Below are positions 1-9,564 of a DNA stretch of 58,995 nt, piece after piece. The first letter of the stretch is position 1, and the number at the start of each line of letters is the position of its first letter. The notes under the pieces are model-generated. The model was not told where the DNA came from and made no database searches. It saw nothing but the letters and a program-made list of their open reading frames with translations. The position numbers and the translations under genes were made by a program. The DNA is from an uncultured Methanosarcinales archaeon. Its GTDB lineage: Archaea; Nanobdellota; Nanobdellia; Woesearchaeales; GW2011-AR4. The stretch spans positions 1 to 58,995 of the forward strand of contig CAYTDO010000009.1 in the NCBI GenBank assembly GCA_964436645.1, given 5' to 3'.

Positions 1-1365
1 CATGTAAACGAGGTTTTTAGGACAAGCAACCGGCAAAAAAGCTTCGAAATTTTTAAGAAATATGCCGGAAACAAGGGAATTGGCCATGTAAGGTATGCAA
101 CGTCCGGAAGCGAGGAAAGGGGCGCAGCCCAGCCTTTTGAAAGGCATCATGGGAGGAAATGGAAATGGTTCTCTTTCGGATTTAATGGCAACCTGGCAAA
201 TTATGCTGATCTTAAAAAAGAGCTCTTGGAGAAAAAAGAAGATTACCATATTACTTATGATAATGATACCGAGATAATAATGCACTACCTTGCAAGAGAG
301 CTTAAGGGAGACACAAGGCCTAACCTCGTCAATGTATTCTCAAATCTTGCGAAAAAATTTGATGGGTGCTATAATATTGTTTTCATAAATGCAGAAGGGG
401 AGATTATAGTTTCTCGCGATCCTTACGGATTCCGCCCCCTTGTCTATGGCTTTAGCGCTGATAAAAAAGTTTTCATGGCCGCTTCCGAGAGCGTTGCCTT
501 GGTGAATTGCGGCATCGAGGATATAAAGCCCTTGCAGCCAGGGCATCTTATCCATATAACTGACGGGAAGGTAGGGATAAAAAAGTATGCAGAGTCAAAA
601 AGAATTTCCCATTGCATGTTTGAATGGGTTTATTTCTCAAATGTAAGCTCGGTTCTGGATGGAAAATCAGTTTATCTGACAAGGTCTAATCTTGGAAAAG
701 AATTGGCCAAAATTGAAACTCAAAAGATAGACAAGGACTGCATTGTGGTTCCAGTGCCAGATACTGCAAAGGCTGCAGGCGATTCATTTGCTTATGAATT
801 GGGAATTCCTTCAAGGGAAGGAATAATAAGGAACAGGTACGTTGGCAGGACTTTCATAGAAGGCGGCTCCAGAGATGATAAAATTTCAAACAAATACACA
901 GCTCTTGCGGATGTTTTGCAGGATAAGCGGGTTTTTTTGGTGGATGACAGCATTGTCAGGGGAAATACTACCAAGCAGCTGGTTCGTTACCTAAAGGGAG
1001 TTGGAGGCGCAAAAGAGGTCCATTTGAGAATCACTTGTCCTCCTATAAGGGGCCCTTGCTTCTATGGCATTGACATGTCAACAATCTCCGAGCTTCTTGT
1101 CCCGCAATATGAAAAAAACCCAGTATCAACAGATATTTCCCAAGAAGTCTGCGCTAAAATCGCAAAAGATGTAGGTGCAGACTCTTTGATCTACCAGAGC
1201 GTTGAAGGCCTTATAAAATCAATAGGGCTTCCAAAAGAAAAGCTATGCACAGCCTGCATAACTTCAGATTACCCAACTCTGTGGGGCAAAAAGCTTTTTG
1301 AGAAAGCATGGGATAACCACCACAAGGGAATCAAAGGAGACAGGACTTACGCAGCTAATTGTTAA
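1..1365 (+). CDS. purF: amidophosphoribosyltransferase, 5' end cut by window edge
   Basis: Frame 1 is open from base 1 and reads ...GIGHVRYATSG...FNGNLANY... before the listed Met at 226. PRPP-binding loop VFLVDDSIVRGNT fits PurF. Confidence 0.85.
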   Translation, partial: HVNEVFRTSNRQKSFEIFKKYAGNKGIGHVRYATSGSEERGAAQPFERHHGRKWKWFSFGFNGNLANYADLKKELLEKKEDYHITYDNDTEIIMHYLARELKGDTRPNLVNVFSNLAKKFDGCYNIVFINAEGEIIVSRDPYGFRPLVYGFSADKKVFMAASESVALVNCGIEDIKPLQPGHLIHITDGKVGIKKYAESKRISHCMFEWVYFSNVSSVLDGKSVYLTRSNLGKELAKIETQKIDKDCIVVPVPDTAKAAGDSFAYELGIPSREGIIRNRYVGRTFIEGGSRDDKISNKYTALADVLQDKRVFLVDDSIVRGNTTKQLVRYLKGVGGAKEVHLRITCPPIRGPCFYGIDMSTISELLVPQYEKNPVSTDISQEVCAKIAKDVGADSLIYQSVEGLIKSIGLPKEKLCTACITSDYPTLWGKKLFEKAWDNHHKGIKGDRTYAANC

Positions 1366-1494
1366 GCTGAGTTTTAGTTGTATTTTTCTTATAAAGGCTA
1401 CATCACCCTAACAGCGTATTTTTATAATTTTATATCATATGGCCAAACTTTTTACCGCAACATTTTAATATTCATAACGATTAGGTATTAGATA

Positions 1495-2133
1495 ATGGAA
1501 AAAACGGGGTTAATGAGATTCTGGAAAGAAAACCTAGGCCTTACAGAGCCGGAGCTCAATGCCTTTAAGGAGATACGAAGAGAAGACTTTGTCCCTGAAA
1601 GTGTTAAAGCTAGGGCATACGAGGACATCCCCCTCCCATTGTTGAGGGGCAAGACCATCTCCCAACCAACAACCGTTATGTTAATGACTCATTCATTGGA
1701 GCTTAAGCAAGGCCATAAAGTATTTGAGGTTGGTTCAGGCTCCGGTTACCAGACTGCAATAATAGCAAAAATAATTGGCCCAAAGGGAAAAATAATCTCC
1801 GCTGAAGTAATTCCTGAGCTTGTTGGATTTGCAAAACAGAATCTTGCAAAGGCTGGAATAGAAAATGCTGAAATTTATGAGGACGACGGCTCAAATGGAA
1901 TGAAAGACAAGGCTCCTTTTGACAGGATAATAATAACCGCAGCCTGCAAGGAATTCCCCAAGCCGCTATTAAGCCAGCTAAAGCCCGACGGCATAATTGT
2001 CGGCCCTGTTGGGAATGAAAAAGAGCAGGAGATGATAAGGGGCATCAAAGGAAAAGATGGAAGATTACAGCTTGAATTCCTCGGGCAATTCATATTCTCT
2101 CCGCTTTACGGAAAGTATGGATTTGAGATTTAG
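1495..2133 (+). CDS. pcm: protein-L-isoaspartate O-methyltransferase
   Basis: 212 aa with TISQP substrate loop and SAM motif EVGSGSGYQTA, typical of PCMT. Confidence 0.85.
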   Translation: MEKTGLMRFWKENLGLTEPELNAFKEIRREDFVPESVKARAYEDIPLPLLRGKTISQPTTVMLMTHSLELKQGHKVFEVGSGSGYQTAIIAKIIGPKGKIISAEVIPELVGFAKQNLAKAGIENAEIYEDDGSNGMKDKAPFDRIIITAACKEFPKPLLSQLKPDGIIVGPVGNEKEQEMIRGIKGKDGRLQLEFLGQFIFSPLYGKYGFEI

Positions 2134-2152
2134 GGTTATTGTTTAAATTATT

Positions 2153-2265
2153 TTGGCAGAAGAAGAGCAGAAAGGAAAACACAAAGCAGAATACGGCGCA
2201 GGGCTAATAAGGAACTTGCCAGCAAGATTGAGCAGGAGTATGGCAAGGCAGTTGAGCACTGCTAG
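2153..2265 (+). pseudogene. short frameshifted remnant resembling the N-terminus of a YhcG/DUF1016-type protein
   Basis: One frame reads LAEEEQKGKHKAEYGAGLIRNL and a shifted frame continues ...KIEQEYGKAVEHC*. From memory this resembles the EEQ.G..RAEYG...L..EYGKGFS N-terminal signature of that family. There is no start codon or full-length ORF. Confidence 0.3.
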
Positions 2266-2546
2266 AGTCAGTAATTTTTTGAGGAATAATTAAATGTCTA
2301 GGATAGAATACATTCAATTAGGCTTATCAGCCTCCAAAATAAAAAACCCAGAACTTTGCTAAATCTCTTATTTAACCGATGCCATCCTAAGTTTCTGCAG
2401 ATTGTTCCTGCAACTCTGGCATAATCCAGAATGAAAAGAATAAACTAAGAAGTACTCCTTGCATTTTTTGCATAAGATTTTGTATTGTACCATTTTATCT
2501 CTTTTATATATGGGGTAAGGCAGTACACTATAAAAACATGTGTTAT

Positions 2547-4082
2547 TTATTCATACTCAATTGTCGCAGGAGGTTTTTGAGAGATATCATAAACAACCCT
2601 GTTGACACCTTTGACTTCATTTAATATCCTCGAAGAAATCTTTTCCAATAAAGTATAAGGCAGCTTTGCCCAGTCTGCTGTCATGGCATCTATGCTTGTG
2701 ACTGCCCTCAAAGAAATGATATACTCATAAGTCCTTGCATCTCCTTTTACTCCTACAGCTTTTATCGGGAAAAGGGCAGCTAAAGCCTGCCAGACCTTGT
2801 CATACTGCCCGGATTTTTTTAATTCTTCCATAAAAATATGATCAGCCTCCCTCAAAATCTCAACCCTCTCCTGGGTAATGCCTCCTACAATCCTTATTGC
2901 CAGCCCGGGCCCCGGGAATGGATGCCTCTCAATAATATCTTTTGGCAACTTTAATTCATTGCCTAGTTTTCTTACCTCATCCTTGTACAAATCCCTTAGC
3001 GGCTCAATGACCTTTAGCTTCATTTTATCCGGCAAAGTCACATTATGGTGGCTCTTTATTTTGGAGGACTCCTTGCTGGTCTGCGCGCTTTCAACCCTGT
3101 CTGGATAAATTGTCCCTTGCCCTAAAAATTGGATGTTCGGATGCTTTTCCTCCAATTCTTCAACTTTTTTCTCAAATACTTCAATAAAAGTATGCCCTAT
3201 TATTTTCCTCTTTTCTTCAGGATCAATGACCTCTTTAAGCCTGCTAAGGAAAACACTGCTAGCATCAACAAAATAAAGGTTCTCAAATTCCATCCTTTCG
3301 AAGCTTTTTCTTACAGCCTCTGCCTCATCCTTCCTTAGCATTCCATGGTCAATAAAGACGCAATGCAGCCTTTCTTTTATGGCATCATTCATCAATGCCG
3401 CGGCAACAGTGCTGTCTACTCCGCCCGAAGTCCCCATTATCACTTCTTTATTGCCCACAGTCTTTTTGATTTCCTTGATAAGTATCGATGCCATATTAAT
3501 GTTCCAGTCCTTTTTTGCCTTGCATATGCCAAAAACAAAATTCCTGAATATCTGCATTCCATTGATAGTATGCGCAACCTCTGGATGAAATTGAAGGCCG
3601 TACATTTTTCTTTTTTCATTCTCCATTGCAGCAATAGGGCAGCTGTCAGTTTTCGCCAAAATCTTGAAATCTGATGGGAGGATTTCAACCAAATCACCGT
3701 GCGACATCCATATCTGCTCTTTTTTCCCAAGCCCCTTCAGCAGCTTTCCATTATTCTTGACAGTAAGCTCCTTCTTTCCATATTCCTTTATCTTTCCCGG
3801 AATGACCTTGCCATAAGCCTTGCCTATCAATTGCAGCCCATAGCATACCCCGAGAATTGGAATGCCAATCTCCAAAATGCTTTTATCTATTTGCGGGGCG
3901 CATTCCTCATAGACAGAAGCAGGCCCGCCAGAAAGAATAATCCCTTTCGGATTTATCTTCTTGATCCCTTCCGCAGTTATTCCATAAGGGACCAATTCCG
4001 AAAAGACGCCAAGCTCCCTGATCCTTCTGTTTATCAGATGCGCTACCTGGCTTCCATAATTTATTACGATTATCTGAGTCAT
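2547..4082 (-). CDS. guaA: GMP synthase (glutamine-hydrolysing), single-chain form
   Basis: 511 aa. N-terminal class I amidotransferase (GVCYGLQ, HPEV) is fused to an ATP pyrophosphatase (SGGVDS P-loop). C-terminus ends PPATIEYE. Confidence 0.9.
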   Translation of the reverse strand: MTQIIVINYGSQVAHLINRRIRELGVFSELVPYGITAEGIKKINPKGIILSGGPASVYEECAPQIDKSILEIGIPILGVCYGLQLIGKAYGKVIPGKIKEYGKKELTVKNNGKLLKGLGKKEQIWMSHGDLVEILPSDFKILAKTDSCPIAAMENEKRKMYGLQFHPEVAHTINGMQIFRNFVFGICKAKKDWNINMASILIKEIKKTVGNKEVIMGTSGGVDSTVAAALMNDAIKERLHCVFIDHGMLRKDEAEAVRKSFERMEFENLYFVDASSVFLSRLKEVIDPEEKRKIIGHTFIEVFEKKVEELEEKHPNIQFLGQGTIYPDRVESAQTSKESSKIKSHHNVTLPDKMKLKVIEPLRDLYKDEVRKLGNELKLPKDIIERHPFPGPGLAIRIVGGITQERVEILREADHIFMEELKKSGQYDKVWQALAALFPIKAVGVKGDARTYEYIISLRAVTSIDAMTADWAKLPYTLLEKISSRILNEVKGVNRVVYDISQKPPATIEYE

Positions 4083-4210
4083 TGTTTAGTTTGATTTTGT
4101 TATCTATTTTATTTTTATTTTGTTATTTACTACTGTTTTATTTGTTTGATTCGGTTTACAAGTTAATTATATTTACTAGTTTAATTTAATAAAAAAGCTA
4201 GTTATATTTA

Positions 4211-4286
4211 CGCGGCCCAGTGAATTGCGAGCGACTGCGAGTCGCTCGTCGCGGGCCGCATTGATGCGCCGCGCAATGGCGGCGCC
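4211..4286 (-). repeat. GC-rich double-hairpin island related to the core of MITE family A
   Basis: GTGAATTGCGAGCGAC...CGCTCGTCGC matches the family A core GTGAAATTGCGAGCGAC...CGCTCGTCGC as printed at 33955-34005. It is flanked by stems GCGGCCC/GGGCCGC and GCGCCGC/GCGGCGC. No family A termini are present. Confidence 0.5.
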
Positions 4287-4334
4287 TAAATATCTTAGCT
4301 TTTTATTTTTCTAAACGGAATAATAAATTTTACT

Positions 4335-5462
4335 TTAAGTGCAGATAATATCTAATTTATTCTGCTTGATAGCTTTTCTGATTTCCATTGCTATCCTTTC
4401 CCCAACGGAAACTGGATTATAATAAAGGTAAGCGGAATAGGGAGTGAACATTGTCCCCGGGCTTCCGGGAATCCTCATTGAAACATCAAAAATCACAATA
4501 TCTTCCCTGCCTTCCTCGGCAATAACAGCTCCCTGCAGCGCAAAAGGTCCTATTATTCCTGGCTTGTGGGCTTTCCTGGCAGCATCCACAAATTTTTCTC
4601 CAAGCGAAAATATTTTCCCCAGCAAAGACTCTTTGACTGTGACAGCAATATGCCCTGTTTCTATCATTTTAGGCTTTACAATCTTCAAGGCCGCGATCTG
4701 GTCAGTAGCCGGCAGCCGTATCAACCCGTCTATATTTGTCTGCCTCCTTGTATCCGTCCCTAAAAGCTCAAGTTCATTGTCAATTGCGCTGTAAAAATAA
4801 TTGAAATTCACATGAGCCCCGATAGCATATTCTTCAATAACTGCTTTCTTTAATCCTTCTTGGGTTATTGTTCCATTCCTCAACAGTTCTTCTGATTTTT
4901 CCTTGTAAGTTTTATAGCTGTCTGCAAAAAAGAAAGCCCTTTCATAGGTTCGTTTAGCTTCAGCAACTTTAACAATTACAGGCATGTTTATCTGCTTAGC
5001 CTCCTTAAAAAGTTTAGGCATCCTTATCCCTGCCTTCTGCAGAATATAATATTGATTTTTAGGAGCATCTCTTTCCTCCAATCTCACCAAGCCTCTTGTG
5101 CCAAATATAGGGACCAAAAATTTATTCTCTATTTCATCAAAATTGCAGTAAACCCAGAAATACCTGTTGTGTATAAATATCGTATTCAGGCTCCTTAATC
5201 TTTCCTGCGCATCTTTTTTTACAATATCCTTGAAATTATCCACAAGAATTATCTCATCTACGCATCCTTTGCCGTCTCTTGACTTGTAATATTTTTCATA
5301 GGCAGTTTCTCTTCCTTTCTGGCACACAACAACTGTCTTGAATCCATTAAGCTTTGCGCCCCTGCATACATCCAGGGCAGAATGGCCTCCGAGCGTTCCT
5401 ATGGTTATGTTGCGCTTGTCGTATTTTTCAAGTACCTTTTTTATGTCCTGGTGTGAAATCAT
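4335..5462 (-). CDS. purP: 5-formaminoimidazole-4-carboxamide ribonucleotide synthetase family protein (PurP paralogue 1)
   Basis: 375 aa with N-terminal IGTLGGHSALDVCRGAK and an ATP-grasp-like remainder. It is collinear with the neighbouring paralogue. Confidence 0.75.
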   Translation of the reverse strand: MISHQDIKKVLEKYDKRNITIGTLGGHSALDVCRGAKLNGFKTVVVCQKGRETAYEKYYKSRDGKGCVDEIILVDNFKDIVKKDAQERLRSLNTIFIHNRYFWVYCNFDEIENKFLVPIFGTRGLVRLEERDAPKNQYYILQKAGIRMPKLFKEAKQINMPVIVKVAEAKRTYERAFFFADSYKTYKEKSEELLRNGTITQEGLKKAVIEEYAIGAHVNFNYFYSAIDNELELLGTDTRRQTNIDGLIRLPATDQIAALKIVKPKMIETGHIAVTVKESLLGKIFSLGEKFVDAARKAHKPGIIGPFALQGAVIAEEGREDIVIFDVSMRIPGSPGTMFTPYSAYLYYNPVSVGERIAMEIRKAIKQNKLDIICT

Positions 5463-5623
5463 TTACCTCTCCTCTTTTCAGCAATAATATTTTTTTGATT
5501 TAAGTTATAATATATCTTTTTCTTATGGTATTTTTATATATTGCTAATTTTTATATCTTTATTGGTTAAATAAATAAAAAATGCTCCGAATTTTTAAAAA
5601 AACATCAAAATATTTACTAAATC

Positions 5624-6640
5624 TTACCCCAAAATCTTGCTTAATCTATTCTCCTTGATGGCAATCTTGATCTCTCTTGCAATCCTTCTTCCTGTTGACA
5701 TCGGCTCATTATACTTTAGCCATGTGTAGGGGCTTCCATCGATGTATGGGTTTGTTCCAGCAACAATCCTCGCTGAAATTTCAAAAACATGAATTTCCTC
5801 TTCCGGAGTCATTATTGTCTCCAGGCAGAAAGGCCCCCACAAGCCTCCTTTCGTGATTTTCCTGCTTTCATTTATGACATCTCTTCCCATGCTTATTATT
5901 CGCGGCAAAAATGATTCTCTAACCACGACCGGGATATTTCCAACGATGACATAGCTTGGATCAATCTGAGGCAGGGCCATCTGGTCTCTTGCGCTTACCC
6001 TGCCTAAACTGTCGACATTGCTCTCATATCTTTTGTCGAAGCCCATGATTTCAAGCTCATCATTTAGCGGGCTGTAAAAATAGTGTATGAACATTGGGAC
6101 TCCGACAATATATTCCTGTATGACATAATCTTCTCCCTTGTACCCTTTGATTTTCAGCTTAAAGTCCTTTTCATTCTTTGCCAGAAAATAGCCTTTTCCC
6201 CCTTTTGCCCCGTGGAATTTTACGATTACAGCCCTGTCTATATCCTTGGGATTATCAAACAGCAATGGAACCTTCAGGCCTGCATTTTTAAGCCAGTTTC
6301 TTTCTATCTTCCTATCGGACTCGTACCTAAGAATATTTTTATTCCCATAATAAGGTATCTTGAATTTTTCAACAGCATCAATTCCAAGATAAGTTATCAA
6401 TGAAGCATGCGGTATAAAGATTATGTTTTCCTTTATCAGCCTGTCCTGCAGCCTAATGAGGTCTTTATACTCTTTGATGGAGATGATTTCATCTGCCACC
6501 TTGAAAAGCTTGTAGGGCTCTTCCCTTCCTTTTATGCATATGGCAATGGTCTTAAAACCCTCGTCATGCGCTCCTTTCAGTATCTGCAATGCAGAATGAG
6601 AACCTATTGTTGCTATCTTGTAATTTTTTGGTGCAACCAT
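5624..6640 (-). CDS. purP: 5-formaminoimidazole-4-carboxamide ribonucleotide synthetase family protein (PurP paralogue 2)
   Basis: 338 aa with N-terminal IATIGSHSALQILKGAH and C-terminal ...GRRIAREIK..., parallel to paralogue 1 (GERIAMEIRK). Confidence 0.75.
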   Translation of the reverse strand: MVAPKNYKIATIGSHSALQILKGAHDEGFKTIAICIKGREEPYKLFKVADEIISIKEYKDLIRLQDRLIKENIIFIPHASLITYLGIDAVEKFKIPYYGNKNILRYESDRKIERNWLKNAGLKVPLLFDNPKDIDRAVIVKFHGAKGGKGYFLAKNEKDFKLKIKGYKGEDYVIQEYIVGVPMFIHYFYSPLNDELEIMGFDKRYESNVDSLGRVSARDQMALPQIDPSYVIVGNIPVVVRESFLPRIISMGRDVINESRKITKGGLWGPFCLETIMTPEEEIHVFEISARIVAGTNPYIDGSPYTWLKYNEPMSTGRRIAREIKIAIKENRLSKILG

Positions 6641-6661
6641 ATTAGAGGGGAATATTTGGGT

Positions 6662-6669
6662 TATTTAAA
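6662..6669 (-). promoter_or_regulatory. TATA-like box upstream of purP paralogue 2
   Basis: The sense strand reads TTTAAATA ending 21 nt before the ATG, compatible with an archaeal promoter giving a leaderless or near-leaderless mRNA. Confidence 0.3.
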
Positions 6670-6854
6670 GGTTTCGGAAAAACGGGCCCCTGCTAAGCAC
6701 ATCTAAATAGGCCAAGGGGCCGCTCCGTGAGATGCGACGAGCGGCTTTTTAGCTCGTCGCCCGCAATTCACCGGACCTGGCCGATACTTTTAGCCCAGAT
6801 GCAATGGGCTCGAAGCTGCTAACCCGTAGCGTAGCGGAGATTTTTATGGAAGCC
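6670..6854 (+). repeat. degenerate copy of MITE family A (left arm partly deleted)
   Basis: From CTGCTAAGCACATCTAAATAGGCC to the right terminus ATTTTTATGGAAGCC it is collinear with the 47240-47449 copy. The left terminus is reduced to GGTTTCGGAAAAAC. No target-site duplication is recognisable. Confidence 0.75.
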
Positions 6855-6960
6855 AGAAAAAACATTTTTTTTGAATTCATCAAAAATTGCAATTTTTGTT
6901 TAAGGCATGAATCAATAAGTTAAGAAATTATTTTAAGAAATTCTAAAAAAATGCTGATGG

Positions 6961-8328
6961 CTAAGGTTTCCTGGAAATTATCCTTGCAAGCTCTTCTTTT
7001 TTCTCTCCCATTATTTTTTCATTTACTGCCTCCAAATTCAGCCTCAATAATGGCTCAGTATTAGAGGGCCTCACATTAAACCAGAAATCTTCAAATTCAA
7101 CGCTTATCCCATCCATCTCCATTACTTTTTTAGGCTTCATTTTTTTATAATGGTTTTTTATTTGTTGCAGTTTTTTATCCTTGCCCTTTACCTCGAAATT
7201 GGTCTCTTCTATCTTTGAATAGGCCTGGAATTCCATGAGCAAAGAAGACAGGGATTTTTCTTCTCTCGCGGCTATTTCCGCAACTATCACGCTTGCAATC
7301 AGCCCGGAATCAGCATTGAAATTATCCCTAAAGTAATAATGCGCGCTATGCTCGCATCCAAAAATCGCATTAGTCTTCTTCATTGTGTCTTTAATGAAAG
7401 AATGCCCTACTCTTTCAATGATGGCCTTGCCTCCGTATTTTTCTATGGTTTCAGGCACAATCCTGCTGCACACTAAATTATATATTATATTTTCTTTTCC
7501 CTTGCGAGAATTATTTTTGGATTTTTTAAGCATATTTTTTATTATCAAAGCAGAAATCAAAGAGCTATTGACAACCTTGCCTTTTTCATCCACAAAAAAA
7601 ACCCTGTCAGCATCCCCGTCAAATGCCATCCCGAAGCTGCATCTTTCTTCCTTTACAGTCTCCTGCAGCTTCTTTAGATTCTCATATTTTGAAGGATCCG
7701 CCGGATGATTTGGAAAATTGCCGTCAAGCTCAAAATAAAGCGGAATTATGGCTGCATCAATTTTTTTATAAGCCAAAGGCACAATTTTCCCAGCCATTCC
7801 ATTGCCTGCATCAACCGCTATCTTAAGATTCTTAATATTTTTTTTATCAACAAAAGAAAGGACGTGCTTTGCATACTCTTCCATTATATTTTTCTTTAGG
7901 ATTTTTCCCTTTTTTATGATGTTTTTTTTGAATTGAGCCTTTTCAATGATTTCTCTTATCTTTTTCAATCCAGTGTCTTCATTTATTGGCGCGGCTCTCT
8001 CCCTGCAGAACTTTATGCCATTGTACTCCTTGGGGTTATGGGACGCAGTGAACATGACGCCTGCTCTTTTTAAGAAACCGGAGGCAAAATACAATCCATC
8101 AGTGCTTACCATTCCGATGTCAATGGCATCAGCCCCTTCATCAGTAACACCTTCGATGAATGCTTTAGAAAGTGAAGGAGAAGAAACCCTCATGTCATAT
8201 CCTGCAATAACCTCCTTGCATTTTAGGAAAGAAACAAAAGCCCTGCCTATTTTATATGCAATATCTTCTGTAAGGTTTTTGCCATAAATTCCTCTTACGT
8301 CGTAGGCCTTAAAGATTTCTGAAAGCAT
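6961..8328 (-). CDS. phosphomannomutase/phosphoglucomutase family protein
   Basis: 455 aa with active-site loop TASHNPKEYNGIKF and metal loop AFDGDADR. Confidence 0.85.
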   Translation of the reverse strand: MLSEIFKAYDVRGIYGKNLTEDIAYKIGRAFVSFLKCKEVIAGYDMRVSSPSLSKAFIEGVTDEGADAIDIGMVSTDGLYFASGFLKRAGVMFTASHNPKEYNGIKFCRERAAPINEDTGLKKIREIIEKAQFKKNIIKKGKILKKNIMEEYAKHVLSFVDKKNIKNLKIAVDAGNGMAGKIVPLAYKKIDAAIIPLYFELDGNFPNHPADPSKYENLKKLQETVKEERCSFGMAFDGDADRVFFVDEKGKVVNSSLISALIIKNMLKKSKNNSRKGKENIIYNLVCSRIVPETIEKYGGKAIIERVGHSFIKDTMKKTNAIFGCEHSAHYYFRDNFNADSGLIASVIVAEIAAREEKSLSSLLMEFQAYSKIEETNFEVKGKDKKLQQIKNHYKKMKPKKVMEMDGISVEFEDFWFNVRPSNTEPLLRLNLEAVNEKIMGEKKEELARIISRKP

Positions 8329-8401
8329 CAGCTAAGTTATATTATTTTTATATATTAACCTTCTGTTTTTCATCATAAAAAGAAAACTGTCCTTTCTTAG
8401 T

Positions 8402-9253
8402 TTACCCAAACTTAATTCCCGCTTCCTTGAAATCATCCTGCAGCTCATCGTAAAAAGAAGAAACTATACGCTCTTTCATTGTAATGTCCCATATCCAGAA
8501 CCAAACCTCAAGGCTTACCTTGTCTTTAGTTATGGATTTCGTTAAAACTCTCGGAGCAAGGTTTTTTATGTTCTTAGGTACCATGAAGAAGTTTTTAGGG
8601 ACCTCAAAAATCTTGATAATCCGGGTTATCTTCTTCTCCGGGATGTGCGGCAGTATATTATGGTTCTCGGAGCATATCTTCTCGATGATTTCCTTCGCCT
8701 TGATTTTGTCGGAATCTTGGGCAATGTCTATGTTCAATGTTACTTTTATGAATTCGCCGCGGCTGTAATTTATTATCGGGGCAGTATTCAGGAAAATGAT
8801 GTTTGGAAGTATTATTATCCTTCCGTCAAACGCTCTTAATTTTGTTTTCCGGAGCATTATGTCCTTGACCCTGCACAACGTTCCATTGTAGTCTATCACA
8901 TCATCTTCTCTGAAAGGCCGCTCGATTGAAAGCACAAGACCCGCAACCATGTTTTGCAATATCGGCGACATTGGCAGAACTATCAAAACTCCCAATATGC
9001 CCAGGGCAGCCAAGGAACCGGTCAGATCCAAGTTTAGCAGCTTAAAAGAAAAATAAAACCCGAGCGCATAGCTCCCGTACATAAAAATCTTGGAAAGCGT
9101 CTTGTAGATGATGGGGCTTGTTCTGTCTTTGAGGTACTTTATTATTATGAAATTAAGCAAGCTTCCTAATATGAATGCAAAGATTAAAACCAGTGCCAGG
9201 AGTACAATCTGGTGCAATGTTATTTCTCCTATCAAGGCATTTATCTCGGCCAT
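8402..9253 (-). CDS. mechanosensitive ion channel (MscS family)
   Basis: 283 aa with N-terminal TM helices followed by PFREDDVIDYNGTLCRVKDIMLRKTKLRAFDGRIIILPN, the MscS beta-domain signature. Confidence 0.8.
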   Translation of the reverse strand: MAEINALIGEITLHQIVLLALVLIFAFILGSLLNFIIIKYLKDRTSPIIYKTLSKIFMYGSYALGFYFSFKLLNLDLTGSLAALGILGVLIVLPMSPILQNMVAGLVLSIERPFREDDVIDYNGTLCRVKDIMLRKTKLRAFDGRIIILPNIIFLNTAPIINYSRGEFIKVTLNIDIAQDSDKIKAKEIIEKICSENHNILPHIPEKKITRIIKIFEVPKNFFMVPKNIKNLAPRVLTKSITKDKVSLEVWFWIWDITMKERIVSSFYDELQDDFKEAGIKFG

Positions 9254-9289
9254 CTTGGACTTTAATTATAAGTGATATTTAAGAATTAT

Positions 9290-9493
9290 CTATTTCTTCT
9301 CTTTGGCCTCTTTTCTTTTCGCCCTTATTGGAATTACGCCTTTCTCGAATTCTATCTTGGCTATCTCCACAGGGTTGAATCTTATCTTTTCCATCTCATC
9401 TTTGCTTAGCTCTACCATCAACGGAGCGCCCATTGAAATCTGCAGCGCTCTTGCCCCGATTACTCTTGCAATCTCATATTTTGTGTATTCCAT
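9290..9493 (-). CDS. rpoK: DNA-directed RNA polymerase subunit K (Rpo6)
   Basis: 67 aa. YEIARVIGARALQISMGAP is the conserved Rpo6/RpoK core. Confidence 0.85.
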   Translation of the reverse strand: MEYTKYEIARVIGARALQISMGAPLMVELSKDEMEKIRFNPVEIAKIEFEKGVIPIRAKRKEAKEKK

Positions 9494-9564
9494 TTTCCCC
9501 CTTAGCCAGAATCATTTTGTATTTATAATGCTCATCAAGACTTTCTTTTATTTAAGTGTCTGAA

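Noticed and set aside
6407-6706. ORF 6407..6706 (+, 99 aa) spanning the purP-2 start region and the MITE-A2 edge.
   Set aside because: It is antisense to a well-supported PurP gene, runs into repeat DNA, and has no motif.
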